Shown in pieces: positions 24,921 to 33,938 of a stretch of DNA of 54,824 bases. Numbering within the stretch: position 1 is the first letter of the stretch; each line of letters begins with the position of its first letter. The notes under the pieces are model-generated. The model was not told the origin of the DNA, made no database searches, and worked only from the letters and a program-made list of their open reading frames with translations. Source of the DNA: Myxococcales bacterium. GTDB lineage: Bacteria > Myxococcota_A > Polyangia > Polyangiales > Polyangiaceae. The stretch covers positions 1-54,824 of the forward strand of contig JAJYCT010000001.1 of assembly GCA_021778125.1 (NCBI GenBank). Reading direction: 5' to 3'. Made by a program: the position numbers and the translations under genes.

Positions 24921-27008
24921 TCACCACACGGCGCAGACGCGCCCCGGGTTCATCGGCGTGCCCGGCTTGCAGGCGAACGCCTCGGCGAACCCCGGCACGT
25001 CGACGACCGGACCGTTGACGCGCCAGCGCGCCGGCGAGTGCGGATCGGAGTGTGCGTGCAGCTCCAGCGCCTGCGGCGTCTCCTTCATGCACCAGCTCTG
25101 CGCGTAGGCGACGAAGTAGAGTTGCTCGTCGCTCACGCCCGGCACCGTGCGGCGCTCCTCGGGGTGCGCGGCCTCCCACGCCTGGAGCGCGGCGAGCCCG
25201 AGCTTCACGCCGCCGATGTCGGCGATGTTCTCGCCGGACGTGAGCTCGCCGTTGAGCTTGACCCCCGGCACCGCCTCGTACTGGCCGTACTGCTCCTGCA
25301 CGCAGCGCGTGGCCTCGTCGAAGTGGGCGCGCGTCTCCTTGCTCCACCACTCGCGCAGGTTGCCGTCGCCGTCGAACTGGCTGCCCTCGTCGTCGAAGCC
25401 GTGCGTCAGCTCGTGGCCGACCGTGCTGCCGCCGGTCTCGCCGAGGTTCACAGGCGCGTAGAAGTCGCGCGAGAAGAACGGCGGCTGCAGCTGCCCCGCC
25501 GGGAGCACGAACTCGTTGAGCGTCGGCTCGTAGTACGCGTTGACCGTCGGCGGCGTCATCATCCACTCGGTGCGGTCGACGGGCTTGCCGATCTTGTCGA
25601 GGTCGCGGTGAAGCTCGAAGCGGATCGACGCGGCGACGTTGGCCGCGTACGCGGCGCGCGTGACCTCGAAGTCGTACGTCCGCCACTTGTCCGGGTAGCC
25701 GATCTTGTCGTGCCGGACCTTGTCGAGCTTCGCGAGCGCGGCCTTGCGCGTGGCGTCGTCCATCCACGGCAGCGCCTCGAGGTCGCTGCGCATCGCCGAG
25801 ACGATCTGCTCGACGACGGCCTTCGCGCGCGCCTTCGAGTCGCCGCCGAAGCGCGCCTCGACGTACGGCTGCGCGAGCAGCTCGCCGAGGCTGTGGTCGA
25901 CGCCGTGCACGCAGCGCTTCCACCGGGGCTCGATCTCCTTCTGCCCGGAGAGCTTCTGCCGGAGCGCGAACGCCTCGTCGACGAGCTTCTTCGACAGGAT
26001 GCTGGCGCGCGCGTGCAGCACCTGCCAGGCGAGGTAGTGGCGCCAGGCCGCCGGCCTCTCCTCCCGGAGCAGCGCCTCGAGGCCCGTGTAGTACGCCGGC
26101 TCGTTGACGGTCACGGCCTGGATCGCGGGCACGCCGAGCTCCTGGAAGTACGCGTCCCACGGGAAGCTCTTGAGCAGGCCCGGCAGGCCCGCGCGATCGA
26201 CCCGGTGGTAGATCTTGTGTGGGTCGCGCCGCGCGACCTTGTCCTGCTGGAGCTTCGCGATCTTGGTCTCGATGCGCAGCACGTCGTCGACGGCGCCCTT
26301 GATCTCGCCGGCGCGCGTCCCCCCGAGCGCGAGCATCCGCCCGACGTGGCCCGCGTAGAACTCGCGCACGTCCTTCAGGTTGCCGTCGTCCTTGAGGTAG
26401 TAGTCGCGATCGGGCAGCCCCAGGCCCGCCTGGTCGATGCTGGCGATGACCTTCGTGGCGTCCTGGAAGTCCTGCTGCGAGCTCACGTCGAACAGCGGGA
26501 AGACGCCGGCCGCGTGGAGCCGGGTGACGGCGCTCGCGAGCGAGGGCACGTCCTTGACGGAGGCGGCCAGCGCGAGCAGCGGCGCGACCGGCGTCGCGCC
26601 GGCCTTGTCGACCCCGGCTTCGTCCATGCACGCCGCGTAGAAGTCGCCGATCTTCTTGAGCACCGGATCGTCGCCGGGGCTCGCGGCGGCCTTCTCGAGC
26701 GTCTCGCGCAGGAACTCCTCGTTCTTCTGCTCGACCTCGTAGATGGGGCCCCACGCCGAGCGGTCGGGCGGGATGACGGCGGTCTTCTCGAAGCCGCGGC
26801 ACGCGTACGAGTAGAAGTCCTGGCAGGCGTCGGCGGTCGGGTCCACCCAGTCGGCGACGATGCCCGCCTGCGCGAGCGTGATCGACGGCGGCGGCGGGGG
26901 AGGGGGCCGGGGCGGCGCCGTCGTGAGCGGCGGCACGGGCAGAGGAGCGGCGGCGGCGGCGCACGCGATGACGAAAGGCAGCAGGGCGGAGAGGAGACGG
27001 GCGCGCAT
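24921..27008 (-). CDS. M13-family zinc metallopeptidase lipoprotein (PepO / neprilysin / endothelin-converting-enzyme-like)
   Basis: Lipobox LLPFVIAC. CQDFYSYAC, NAYY, VGHELTHGFDD (HExxH), GENIADIGG, and C-terminal PARWRVNGPV ... F.C. 695 aa. Confidence 0.92.
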   Translation of the reverse strand: MRARLLSALLPFVIACAAAAAPLPVPPLTTAPPRPPPPPPPSITLAQAGIVADWVDPTADACQDFYSYACRGFEKTAVIPPDRSAWGPIYEVEQKNEEFLRETLEKAAASPGDDPVLKKIGDFYAACMDEAGVDKAGATPVAPLLALAASVKDVPSLASAVTRLHAAGVFPLFDVSSQQDFQDATKVIASIDQAGLGLPDRDYYLKDDGNLKDVREFYAGHVGRMLALGGTRAGEIKGAVDDVLRIETKIAKLQQDKVARRDPHKIYHRVDRAGLPGLLKSFPWDAYFQELGVPAIQAVTVNEPAYYTGLEALLREERPAAWRHYLAWQVLHARASILSKKLVDEAFALRQKLSGQKEIEPRWKRCVHGVDHSLGELLAQPYVEARFGGDSKARAKAVVEQIVSAMRSDLEALPWMDDATRKAALAKLDKVRHDKIGYPDKWRTYDFEVTRAAYAANVAASIRFELHRDLDKIGKPVDRTEWMMTPPTVNAYYEPTLNEFVLPAGQLQPPFFSRDFYAPVNLGETGGSTVGHELTHGFDDEGSQFDGDGNLREWWSKETRAHFDEATRCVQEQYGQYEAVPGVKLNGELTSGENIADIGGVKLGLAALQAWEAAHPEERRTVPGVSDEQLYFVAYAQSWCMKETPQALELHAHSDPHSPARWRVNGPVVDVPGFAEAFACKPGTPMNPGRVCAVW

Positions 27009-27060
27009 GGGGGCGACCCTAGCCCCACAAGGCGACGCAAGCCCGTGCCATTTCGAGCCC
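27009..27060 (-). promoter_or_regulatory. conserved upstream element, copy B (GGGCTCGAAATGGCAC - 18 nt - GGGGCTAG - 10 nt - ATG start)
   Basis: Minus-strand reading, upstream of the M13 peptidase gene. Homologous to copy A at 12984-13034. Confidence 0.45.
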
Positions 27061-27127
27061 GGGCTCTCCGCCGCGAGGAGGGGAGCATTGCGCCACGCGC
27101 GCCCCGCCGGTAGAGACCCCTCTTGCC

Positions 27128-28519
27128 ATGACCAACGTGCGCATCGAGACCGACAGCATGGGGCAGGTCGAGGTCCAGTCGGACCGCTACTGGGGCGCGC
27201 AGACGCAGCGCTCCCTGCAGAATTTCAAGATCGGCGGCCACCGCTTCGGCCGGCCGGTCATCCGCGCCTTCGGCGTCGTCAAGAAGGCCGCCGCGCTCAC
27301 CAACCTGGGCCTCGGCAAGCTCGACGCGTCCAAGGCCGACCTCATCGCGCGCGCCGCCGACGAGGTCATCGAGGGCAAGCTCGACGCGCACTTCCCGCTG
27401 GTCGTCTGGCAGACCGGCAGCGGCACGCAGTCGAACATGAACGCGAACGAGGTCATCTCCAACCGCGCCATCGAGCTCTCGGGCGGGACGATGGGCTCGA
27501 AGAAGCCCATCCACCCCAACGACGACGTGAACCGCTCGCAGTCGTCCAACGACGTGTTCCCCACGGTGATGCACGTCGCCGCGGCGCTCGAGATCAAGGA
27601 GCGCGTCCTGCCGGCGGTCGCCAAGCTGCGCGCCGCGATCGAGAAGAAGGGCGCCGAGCTTGGCCCCATCGTGAAGGTGGGGCGCACGCACCTGATGGAC
27701 GCGACGCCGCTGACGGTCGAGCAGGAGTGGTCCGGCTGGGCCGCGCAGCTCGCGTTCTGCGAGCGCGAGCTCACCCACTCGCTCGACGGCCTCTACGATC
27801 TGGCGCTCGGCGGCACGGCCGTGGGCACGGGCCTCAACACGCACCCGAAGTGGGCGCCGAGGGTGGCCGCGAAGATCGCCGAGCTCACGGGCGTGCCGTT
27901 CCGCACGGCGCCGAACAAGTTCGCGGCCCTCGCGGGCCACGAGGCCCTCGCGGCGACCAGCGGCGCGCTCAAGACGCTGGCGGTCGCGTGCTTCAAGATC
28001 GCCAGCGACGTGCGGCTGCTCGGCAGCGGCCCGCGCTGCGGCATCGGCGAGCTGCACCTGCCGGAGAACGAGCCGGGCAGCAGCATCATGCCGGGCAAGG
28101 TGAACCCGACGCAGGCCGAGGCGATGACGATGGTGTGCGTCCACGTCATGGGCAGCGACGCCGCCGTGGGCTTCGCGTCGGCGAGCGGGCACTTCCAGCT
28201 CAACGTGTTCAAGCCGGTCATCATCCACAACGTGCTCGAGAGCTGCGCGCTCCTGGCCGACGCGTGCCACAGCTTCACCGACAACTGCGTCGTCGGCATC
28301 GAGGCCAACCGCGACGTCATCGCGCGCCACGTCGAGAACACGCTGATGCTCGTGACCGCGCTGAACGAGGTCATCGGCTACGACAACGCGGCCAAGGTCG
28401 CCAAGCTCGCGCACAAGAAGAACATCACGCTGCGGCAGGCGGCGGCGGAGCTGGGGCTCGTCAAGCCCGAGGACTTCGACAAGCACGTCCGCCCCGAGAA
28501 GATGGTCTCGCCGGACTGA
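27128..28519 (+). CDS. fumC: class II fumarate hydratase
   Basis: 463 aa. [30 protein letters not shown] signature and HLMDATP; full-length match to FumC by eye. Confidence 0.95.
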   Translation: MTNVRIETDSMGQVEVQSDRYWGAQTQRSLQNFKIGGHRFGRPVIRAFGVVKKAAALTNLGLGKLDASKADLIARAADEVIEGKLDAHFPLVVWQTGSGTQSNMNANEVISNRAIELSGGTMGSKKPIHPNDDVNRSQSSNDVFPTVMHVAAALEIKERVLPAVAKLRAAIEKKGAELGPIVKVGRTHLMDATPLTVEQEWSGWAAQLAFCERELTHSLDGLYDLALGGTAVGTGLNTHPKWAPRVAAKIAELTGVPFRTAPNKFAALAGHEALAATSGALKTLAVACFKIASDVRLLGSGPRCGIGELHLPENEPGSSIMPGKVNPTQAEAMTMVCVHVMGSDAAVGFASASGHFQLNVFKPVIIHNVLESCALLADACHSFTDNCVVGIEANRDVIARHVENTLMLVTALNEVIGYDNAAKVAKLAHKKNITLRQAAAELGLVKPEDFDKHVRPEKMVSPD

Positions 28520-28680
28520 GCGGCGGATCGCCGGGCCGGGAGGGTGGCCGGGAGGGGGGCGATCGCGCGGAGTCGGGGCATCCCTTCGGTCGGCTCCGGT
28601 AACTAGCCGTCACGCGTCATGCGGGCGCTCGCTCTCGCGGGCACGGTCCCGAAGAGGGGACCCGAGATGAGAAAAATCAC

Positions 28681-28696
28681 CTCATCCGAGGATGAG
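28681..28696. promoter_or_regulatory. 7-2-7 inverted repeat CTCATCC-GA-GGATGAG in the AT-richer leader upstream of the island's first gene; candidate operator
   Basis: Perfect 7-nt arms read directly, ~93 nt upstream of the ATG at 28789. Confidence 0.25.
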
Positions 28697-28788
28697 TCCG
28701 AGGGGAGAACCGCGCCGTTGCTGGCGTACCTCGACTCGCGTACATTCTACGTTTTCAGCGCGCTGTGAGAGTCAGGGGAGAATTCGAG

Positions 28789-30552
28789 ATGGGTTTTCGG
28801 TCGCCGGTCAGCCGCGGGTCGCCAAGGTTGTGCCTGGGCGCCGCGATGGCGCTTCTCTCGTGGACGACGGGCTGCGGGAGCAGCAGCAACGGGGCCGCGG
28901 AGGACGCGGGCGGCGACGCCGGGTCGGAGGCCGCGGCCGACGCGTCGAGGGACTCTGCGGGCGACTCGTCCACGGGGCTCGACTCCTCGGTGACCGACGC
29001 CGCGCGCGACGCGCAGGCCGACGCCCCGGGCGACGGTGCCGTCGTCCTGCCCGCCATCTCCGGCCTCACGATCACCCCGAACCCGAACAACATCCTCAGC
29101 GCGACGGTTACCTTCACGACGAACGTCCCCGCGACGGCCGCCGTCCAGGTGACCAACACCGGCGACGGCGGCGCCAGCAACTCGTTCGCGGTCGGCCCCA
29201 CCACGGGGCCCTCGACGTCGTTCAGCATCAACATCCTCGGGATGCGCGCGCAGTCCACCTTCGGCATCACGGTCACGGCCACGGACGCGGCGTCCAACGT
29301 CGCGACGGGCGCGGCGACCTACACGACCGGGGCGCTGCCCGCCGTGATCCCGCCCATCACCGTGGTCACCAGCGACCCGACCAAGACGTCGCCGGGGTTC
29401 ACGGTGATGACGATCTGGAAGTGGGACTTCTCGCCCGTGGCGAACATCGACTACTCGGCCTCGTCCCTCGTCGCGCTCGACCCGGAGGGCCAGGTCGTCT
29501 GGTACTACCTGCCGAGCAACACGTACGCGATGGACCCGAAGAAGCTGCCCAACGGGGACCTCGCCTTCCTGACCGCCGAGGACGGCTGGGCCGAGATCGA
29601 CATGATGGGCAACGTCGTCCGGTCCTCCACGTCCGCGGCGATGGGCCTCGACTCGATGCACCACGAGCTGTTCCCGGAGCCGTCGTCGCCCGACTACCTC
29701 ACCCTGAGCACCGAGCTGCGCCAGATCCCGGGCTACCCCGCGCCCGACGGCGGAACGACGACGTACCCGGTCGTCGGCGACGTCGTCGCCGAGTTCAACG
29801 GCGAGGACGGCGGCGTGCTCCATCAGTGGCGCGAACTCGACATGCTCGACCCGATGCGCGAGGGCGACCCCTCGCTGTTCGGCGCGCCGTTCTGGAACGG
29901 CCTGTACCGCGACGCGGGCGCCACCAAGGACTGGTCGCACGCCAACGCCGTGGTGACCGATCCCAGCGACGACGCGATCGTGGTGTCGAGCCGCACGCAG
30001 GGCTGGGTCTACAAGTTCGCCCGCACCGACGGCGGCACCCCCGCCGTCCTCTGGAGGCTGGGCGCGGGCGGGGACTTCACGCTCACCAACGCGGGCGAGA
30101 CGTTCCAGTACGGCCAGCACGGCGCGAACGTCCTGGCCAACGGCCACGTCATGCTCTTCGACGACGGCAACGACCGCCCCGCCGCCGACGGCGGCGTCAA
30201 CCTCTACAGCCGGGCGCTCGAGTACGCGCTCGACACGACGGCCATGACCGCGACCATCGTGTGGCAGTACCAGGAGTCGCCCCCGTTCTACGCGCAGTTC
30301 CTGGGCAGCTCGTACCTGCTGCCCAACGGCAACGTCCTCGTCTGCGCCGGCGGGTTGACCGACAGCCCCACCGCCTCGCCGTCGAGCCCGAGCAACCTCA
30401 AGTCCGCCCGCATCATGGAAGTCACGCACGACGCGGTGCCGGTCAAGGTCATGGAGTACCAGGTCCGCCAGGAGCTCAACTCGATCCCGTCGGACCCCAA
30501 CTTCTCGGGCTACTCGGTGTACCGGGCGACCCGGATCCCCTCTCTCTACTAG
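28789..30552 (+). CDS. arylsulfotransferase (ASST)-like beta-propeller lipoprotein
   Basis: ATG 28789 with AGGGGAG 8 nt upstream. Lipobox ALLSWTTGC, then an Asp/Ala/Ser-rich linker and an Ig-like N-domain (ISGLTITPNPNNILSATVTFTT). Propeller motifs seen in ASST-family proteins: MHHE, DWSHANAV, DAIVVSSR, YGQHGANVL, MLFDDGN. Confidence 0.78.
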   Translation: MGFRSPVSRGSPRLCLGAAMALLSWTTGCGSSSNGAAEDAGGDAGSEAAADASRDSAGDSSTGLDSSVTDAARDAQADAPGDGAVVLPAISGLTITPNPNNILSATVTFTTNVPATAAVQVTNTGDGGASNSFAVGPTTGPSTSFSINILGMRAQSTFGITVTATDAASNVATGAATYTTGALPAVIPPITVVTSDPTKTSPGFTVMTIWKWDFSPVANIDYSASSLVALDPEGQVVWYYLPSNTYAMDPKKLPNGDLAFLTAEDGWAEIDMMGNVVRSSTSAAMGLDSMHHELFPEPSSPDYLTLSTELRQIPGYPAPDGGTTTYPVVGDVVAEFNGEDGGVLHQWRELDMLDPMREGDPSLFGAPFWNGLYRDAGATKDWSHANAVVTDPSDDAIVVSSRTQGWVYKFARTDGGTPAVLWRLGAGGDFTLTNAGETFQYGQHGANVLANGHVMLFDDGNDRPAADGGVNLYSRALEYALDTTAMTATIVWQYQESPPFYAQFLGSSYLLPNGNVLVCAGGLTDSPTASPSSPSNLKSARIMEVTHDAVPVKVMEYQVRQELNSIPSDPNFSGYSVYRATRIPSLY

Positions 30553-30562
30553 ACGACCGGGC

Positions 30563-33500
30563 GTGACGCTGGAGGAGAAGCCCCTGTCTCCCGGCGCGGG
30601 CGGAGGGGCCCGCGAGGCGCGTGCCCCGGCGTGGCTCGCGAGCGCGCTGGTCGCCGCCGGGCTGCTCGCGATCGTGGTCACGCTCTCGGTCTGCTCGTAC
30701 CTGCCGTTCCAGGACGTGCCCAACCACATCAAGGTCCTGACGCTCGACCGGGCGCTGCGAGCCGGCGCGACCTCGCCGTTCCTCGAGGCCGCCCCCGGGA
30801 CCGCGTTCGGCTACTCGCTCGTCGCCGCCGTCTCGCGGTTCCTCGCCCCCCTGATGGGCGCGGCGACGGTCGTCCGTCTTCTGTGCATCGTCAGCGCCGC
30901 CGGCATCCCTCTGGCGGCCGTGCCGCTCGCCCGCGTGACCGGAGCCCCTCCGGCGTGGGCCGCCCTGCTGGCGCTGCCGCTCGCGCTGTCCTGGCCCCTC
31001 CGGGTCGGCCTGCTGCCCTACGTGGTCGCGCTGCCGCTCGTCGAGCTCGGGCTCGCCGCGGCGCTGTGGGCCGGCCAGGGGGGCAGGCTCCGCAGGGTGC
31101 TCGCGCTCGCCGGGTGCGCGGTCGCCTCGTACCTGGCGCACCCGATGGTCTTCGGCCTGCTGGCCGGGCTCGCCGGCGTGACGAGCGTCCTGCCCGCGCC
31201 CGGCGCGATGGGCCGCAAGGAGCGCGTGCTGCGCGTCGCCCTGGGGCTGGGCGTCGTCGCGCCGCTCGTCGGTCTCGATCTCCTCCAGCATCGCCTGAGC
31301 ATGCTGCCCGACGCCGACGCGACGCTCCTCCGGTCGCCGGTGTGGTGGCGCCCGCTGCCTCTCGCTCTGGGCCACGTGATCACCCGTGGCCTCGGCGTGA
31401 CCGGGCCCGACGCGCTCGTCTACTACGAGCCTTTCCTCCTCGTGCTCGTCGTCGGGACCGCGGTGGCGTGGCGGCCGCCGGCGAAGGGAGCGACGCCGTC
31501 CGGACGACGGGCGATCGCCGCCGCCGCGCTCCTGGGGACGCTGGGCACGGTGCTCTTGCCCGACTCGCGCGAGAACGTCTTCCTCATCGGGTCGCGCGTT
31601 GCCGTCCTCGGCATCCTGTTCTGGACCGCCGTGGCGGCGCCCGCCCTCGCGCAGCTGCCCTGGCTCCGGCTGGCCGCCGTGCCGGCGGTCGCGCTGGCGC
31701 TCGGGTTCCAGATCCACGAGGTCGCCGGCCGCGCGGCGATGCTGCGAGAGGTCCTCGGCCCGCAGCCCGAGCAGGTCGGCGGGCTGTACCTCCCGATGCA
31801 GGTGCCGCGCTGCCAGGGCGCCTCGTCGCTCGCGTGGGGCGACTACGACCCGCTGCGCCACGCCTGGGCGTACGCCCTCGATCACGACGGCGTGGCTCCG
31901 TACATCTTCGCGGGCAGTCGCTACCAGCCCGTGTGGTTCCGGCCCGGCGTCCTGAACGACGAGCTCCGGGCGCCCAAGGAGCACCTGCTGAACGGCAACG
32001 AGGACTATCGCTCCCCCGAGGCGTGCGAGCTCAACGCGCAGGAGCGCCTCGCGGCGGCCAACGCGTGGGCCGGCAGCTACGACGACATCCTGGTGACGGG
32101 CCGGGAGCCCGAGCTCGGCGAGGCCCTCGGGCGCTCCGGCCTGGCGGTCGGTCGGACGCTCGCTCCGGGCCTGGTCCTCGTGCGACGCAGCGGAGCGCGC
32201 TCGGGGCTGCGCGTGGAGTTCGGGCGGCTGGCGGGTACGGCCGCGCTTCGCTCCGGCTTCTACGGCGACGAGATCATCGACGGGCTGAGCGGGCAGTGGA
32301 GCGAGGGCAAGGCGTCGGTGCTGGCGTTCACCGAGGACCACCGGAGCCACGACTACCTGCTGCGCCTCGTCGCTCAATCCCCCGTGGTGTCGTCGATCGC
32401 GGTCACGGTCAACGGCGGCTACGAGGCGACGATCCCGGTCGGCAAGACCCCGTCGGAGACCGTGGCGTACGTGCCCGGCGGCGCGATCAACCTCGGGAAG
32501 AACGAGCTTCGCCTGAGCTACGCGCGGACGTTCTTCCCCGCCGAGCCTCTGGCCTCGGGGCCGCCGCGGGAGCTGTCGGTCCTCTACCGCGATCTCTTCC
32601 TGTCCCCGCTCGCCGAGACGGTGTCGTTGGACGTCGGGACGGCCCGCGGACGCAAGGCGCTCGTGAGCGGCTTCTCGGAGGACGAGGTCATGAACGACCG
32701 GACCGCGGCGTGGAGCGACGGGAAGGAGTCGGTCGTGGTGCTCGACGTGGCCGGGGGGGCGACCGAGTACCTGCTGACCCTCCGGGGCCGCGCCGCCCAG
32801 TCCCAGGCGGTGTCGGTCTCGTTCAACGACCGGTGGACCGGGGCGTTCCAGGTCGAGGAGGCCTGGGGCGACTGGAGCCTCGCGGTCCCCGGCAGCGCGG
32901 TCTTGCCGGGGCGAAACACGCTCCGCTTTTCGTACGCGTCGCCCGCGCGGCCCGTCGACCGCGGCCTCGGCGACGACGCGCGCCTGCTCGCGGTGGCCTT
33001 CGACACGCTCACGCTCGCGCCGGCGCCGGCCCGGGTCCAGGTCGACTGCGGCGTGCCCGAGGCTCGCGGCGCGCTCCGGTCCGGGTTCAGCCAGCCCGAG
33101 ACGATCGACGGGCGCCGCGCGGTTTGGAGCGACGGCAAGTCGTCGGAGGTCGTGCTCAGCGCGGCGGGCGAACCGGTCGCACACGTGCTGACGATCGAGG
33201 CCACGGCGCGGAGCCCCCAGCGCGCGACGATCACCTGGAACGGCGGCCACGAGAGCCCGATCGTCGTCGCGCCGCCGTGGAGCGCCGTGTCGGTCGTCGT
33301 GCCGGCGGGGGTCGTCCGCCCGGGATTCAACACGCTCCAGATCACCTACGAGTCCCCGGGCCACCCCGACGGCGACTCGCGGCTGCTCGCCGTCGCGTAC
33401 CACGAGCTGACGCTCGAGCCGATCCGTCCCTACGGGCGCGTCGAGTTCGGCACGCCCGCGGGACGACGGGAGCTGCGGGTCGGGTGGAGCGGGGACGAGG

Positions 33501-33910
33501 TCATCGACGGCCGCTCCGCGGTCTGGTCCTCGGGGCCGTGGTCGGAGATCGAGATCGCGCTCGAGCCGTCGCTCCTGGGCGGCGGAGGCGGCGGGGACGC
33601 CGCCGTGTCCGACGCGGGGGCGCCCGAGTACGACGCCTCGCAGGCGACGCTCGACTTCACGGCGCTGCCGCTGGAGCCGCTCGCGCCCCTGCCGGTCGAG
33701 GTCCGCGTCAACGACCGGCTCCTGGCCAAGGTCATCGTCGTGACCGGCTGGCAGTCCTACACGGTGCCGGTCCCCAAGGACGTGCTCCGGTCGGGCTTCA
33801 ACTCGATCCGCTGGACCTACGAACGGGTCGGGCGTCCGCGCGATCTGCTGCCCGGCAACAGCGACGCGCGCGCCCTCGCGCTGGCGTTCCACGACGTCTG
33901 GCTGAGGTAG
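30563..33910 (+). CDS. 1115-aa polytopic membrane protein (~10 TM, GT-C-like suspected) with four tandem C-terminal ~135-aa beta-sandwich-like modules
   Basis: GTG start 11 nt after the ASST stop. Hydrophobic helices run through about aa 385, with an early loop motif YLPFQDVPNH. A soluble region at aa 390-548 is followed by four repeats, each opening with SGF/GW-S-x-x-E-x-I-D-G-R-x-A-x-WS-x-G and closing with R-L-L-A-V-A-F/Y-x-x-L-x-L. Confidence 0.8.
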   Translation: MTLEEKPLSPGAGGGAREARAPAWLASALVAAGLLAIVVTLSVCSYLPFQDVPNHIKVLTLDRALRAGATSPFLEAAPGTAFGYSLVAAVSRFLAPLMGAATVVRLLCIVSAAGIPLAAVPLARVTGAPPAWAALLALPLALSWPLRVGLLPYVVALPLVELGLAAALWAGQGGRLRRVLALAGCAVASYLAHPMVFGLLAGLAGVTSVLPAPGAMGRKERVLRVALGLGVVAPLVGLDLLQHRLSMLPDADATLLRSPVWWRPLPLALGHVITRGLGVTGPDALVYYEPFLLVLVVGTAVAWRPPAKGATPSGRRAIAAAALLGTLGTVLLPDSRENVFLIGSRVAVLGILFWTAVAAPALAQLPWLRLAAVPAVALALGFQIHEVAGRAAMLREVLGPQPEQVGGLYLPMQVPRCQGASSLAWGDYDPLRHAWAYALDHDGVAPYIFAGSRYQPVWFRPGVLNDELRAPKEHLLNGNEDYRSPEACELNAQERLAAANAWAGSYDDILVTGREPELGEALGRSGLAVGRTLAPGLVLVRRSGARSGLRVEFGRLAGTAALRSGFYGDEIIDGLSGQWSEGKASVLAFTEDHRSHDYLLRLVAQSPVVSSIAVTVNGGYEATIPVGKTPSETVAYVPGGAINLGKNELRLSYARTFFPAEPLASGPPRELSVLYRDLFLSPLAETVSLDVGTARGRKALVSGFSEDEVMNDRTAAWSDGKESVVVLDVAGGATEYLLTLRGRAAQSQAVSVSFNDRWTGAFQVEEAWGDWSLAVPGSAVLPGRNTLRFSYASPARPVDRGLGDDARLLAVAFDTLTLAPAPARVQVDCGVPEARGALRSGFSQPETIDGRRAVWSDGKSSEVVLSAAGEPVAHVLTIEATARSPQRATITWNGGHESPIVVAPPWSAVSVVVPAGVVRPGFNTLQITYESPGHPDGDSRLLAVAYHELTLEPIRPYGRVEFGTPAGRRELRVGWSGDEVIDGRSAVWSSGPWSEIEIALEPSLLGGGGGGDAAVSDAGAPEYDASQATLDFTALPLEPLAPLPVEVRVNDRLLAKVIVVTGWQSYTVPVPKDVLRSGFNSIRWTYERVGRPRDLLPGNSDARALALAFHDVWLR
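32207..33907 (+). repeat. four tandem, diverged protein-level repeats (~aa 549-683, 685-820, 823-953, 957-1115 of the 1115-aa protein)
   Basis: Aligned by eye: LRSGFYGDEIIDGLSGQWSEGKASV / LVSGFSEDEVMNDRTAAWSDGKESV / LRSGFSQPETIDGRRAVWSDGKSSE / LRVGWSGDEVIDGRSAVWSSGPWSE. Each module ends in G.N.L.F/I.Y ... R.LAVAF..L.L. Confidence 0.75.
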
Positions 33911-33938
33911 CGCTCGTCGCCGGGCGCCCCCCGGGACC

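Noticed and set aside
27036-27050. Sigma54-like TGGCACGGGCTTGCG on the minus strand upstream of the M13 peptidase
   Set aside because: The GG and GC dinucleotides are separated by 9 nt, not the required 10. The homologous copy A has TAGCAC...TCCC, lacking both. I treat it as part of the shared element, not as a sigma54 promoter.
24678-28486. ORFs 24678..27113 (+), 24811..26964 (-), 26483..28486 (-) and 26860..28602 (+)
   Set aside because: They are shadow frames of the M13 peptidase and fumC genes, both of which carry unambiguous family signatures.
28619-28768. 49-codon ORF (MRALALAGTVPKRGPEMRKITSSEDESEGRTAPLLAYLDSRTFYVFSAL) in the fumC/ASST intergenic region
   Set aside because: It has no SD, mixed codon bias and no recognisable features. 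It more likely reflects open frame by chance in a regulatory leader. It could be revisited with Ribo-seq.
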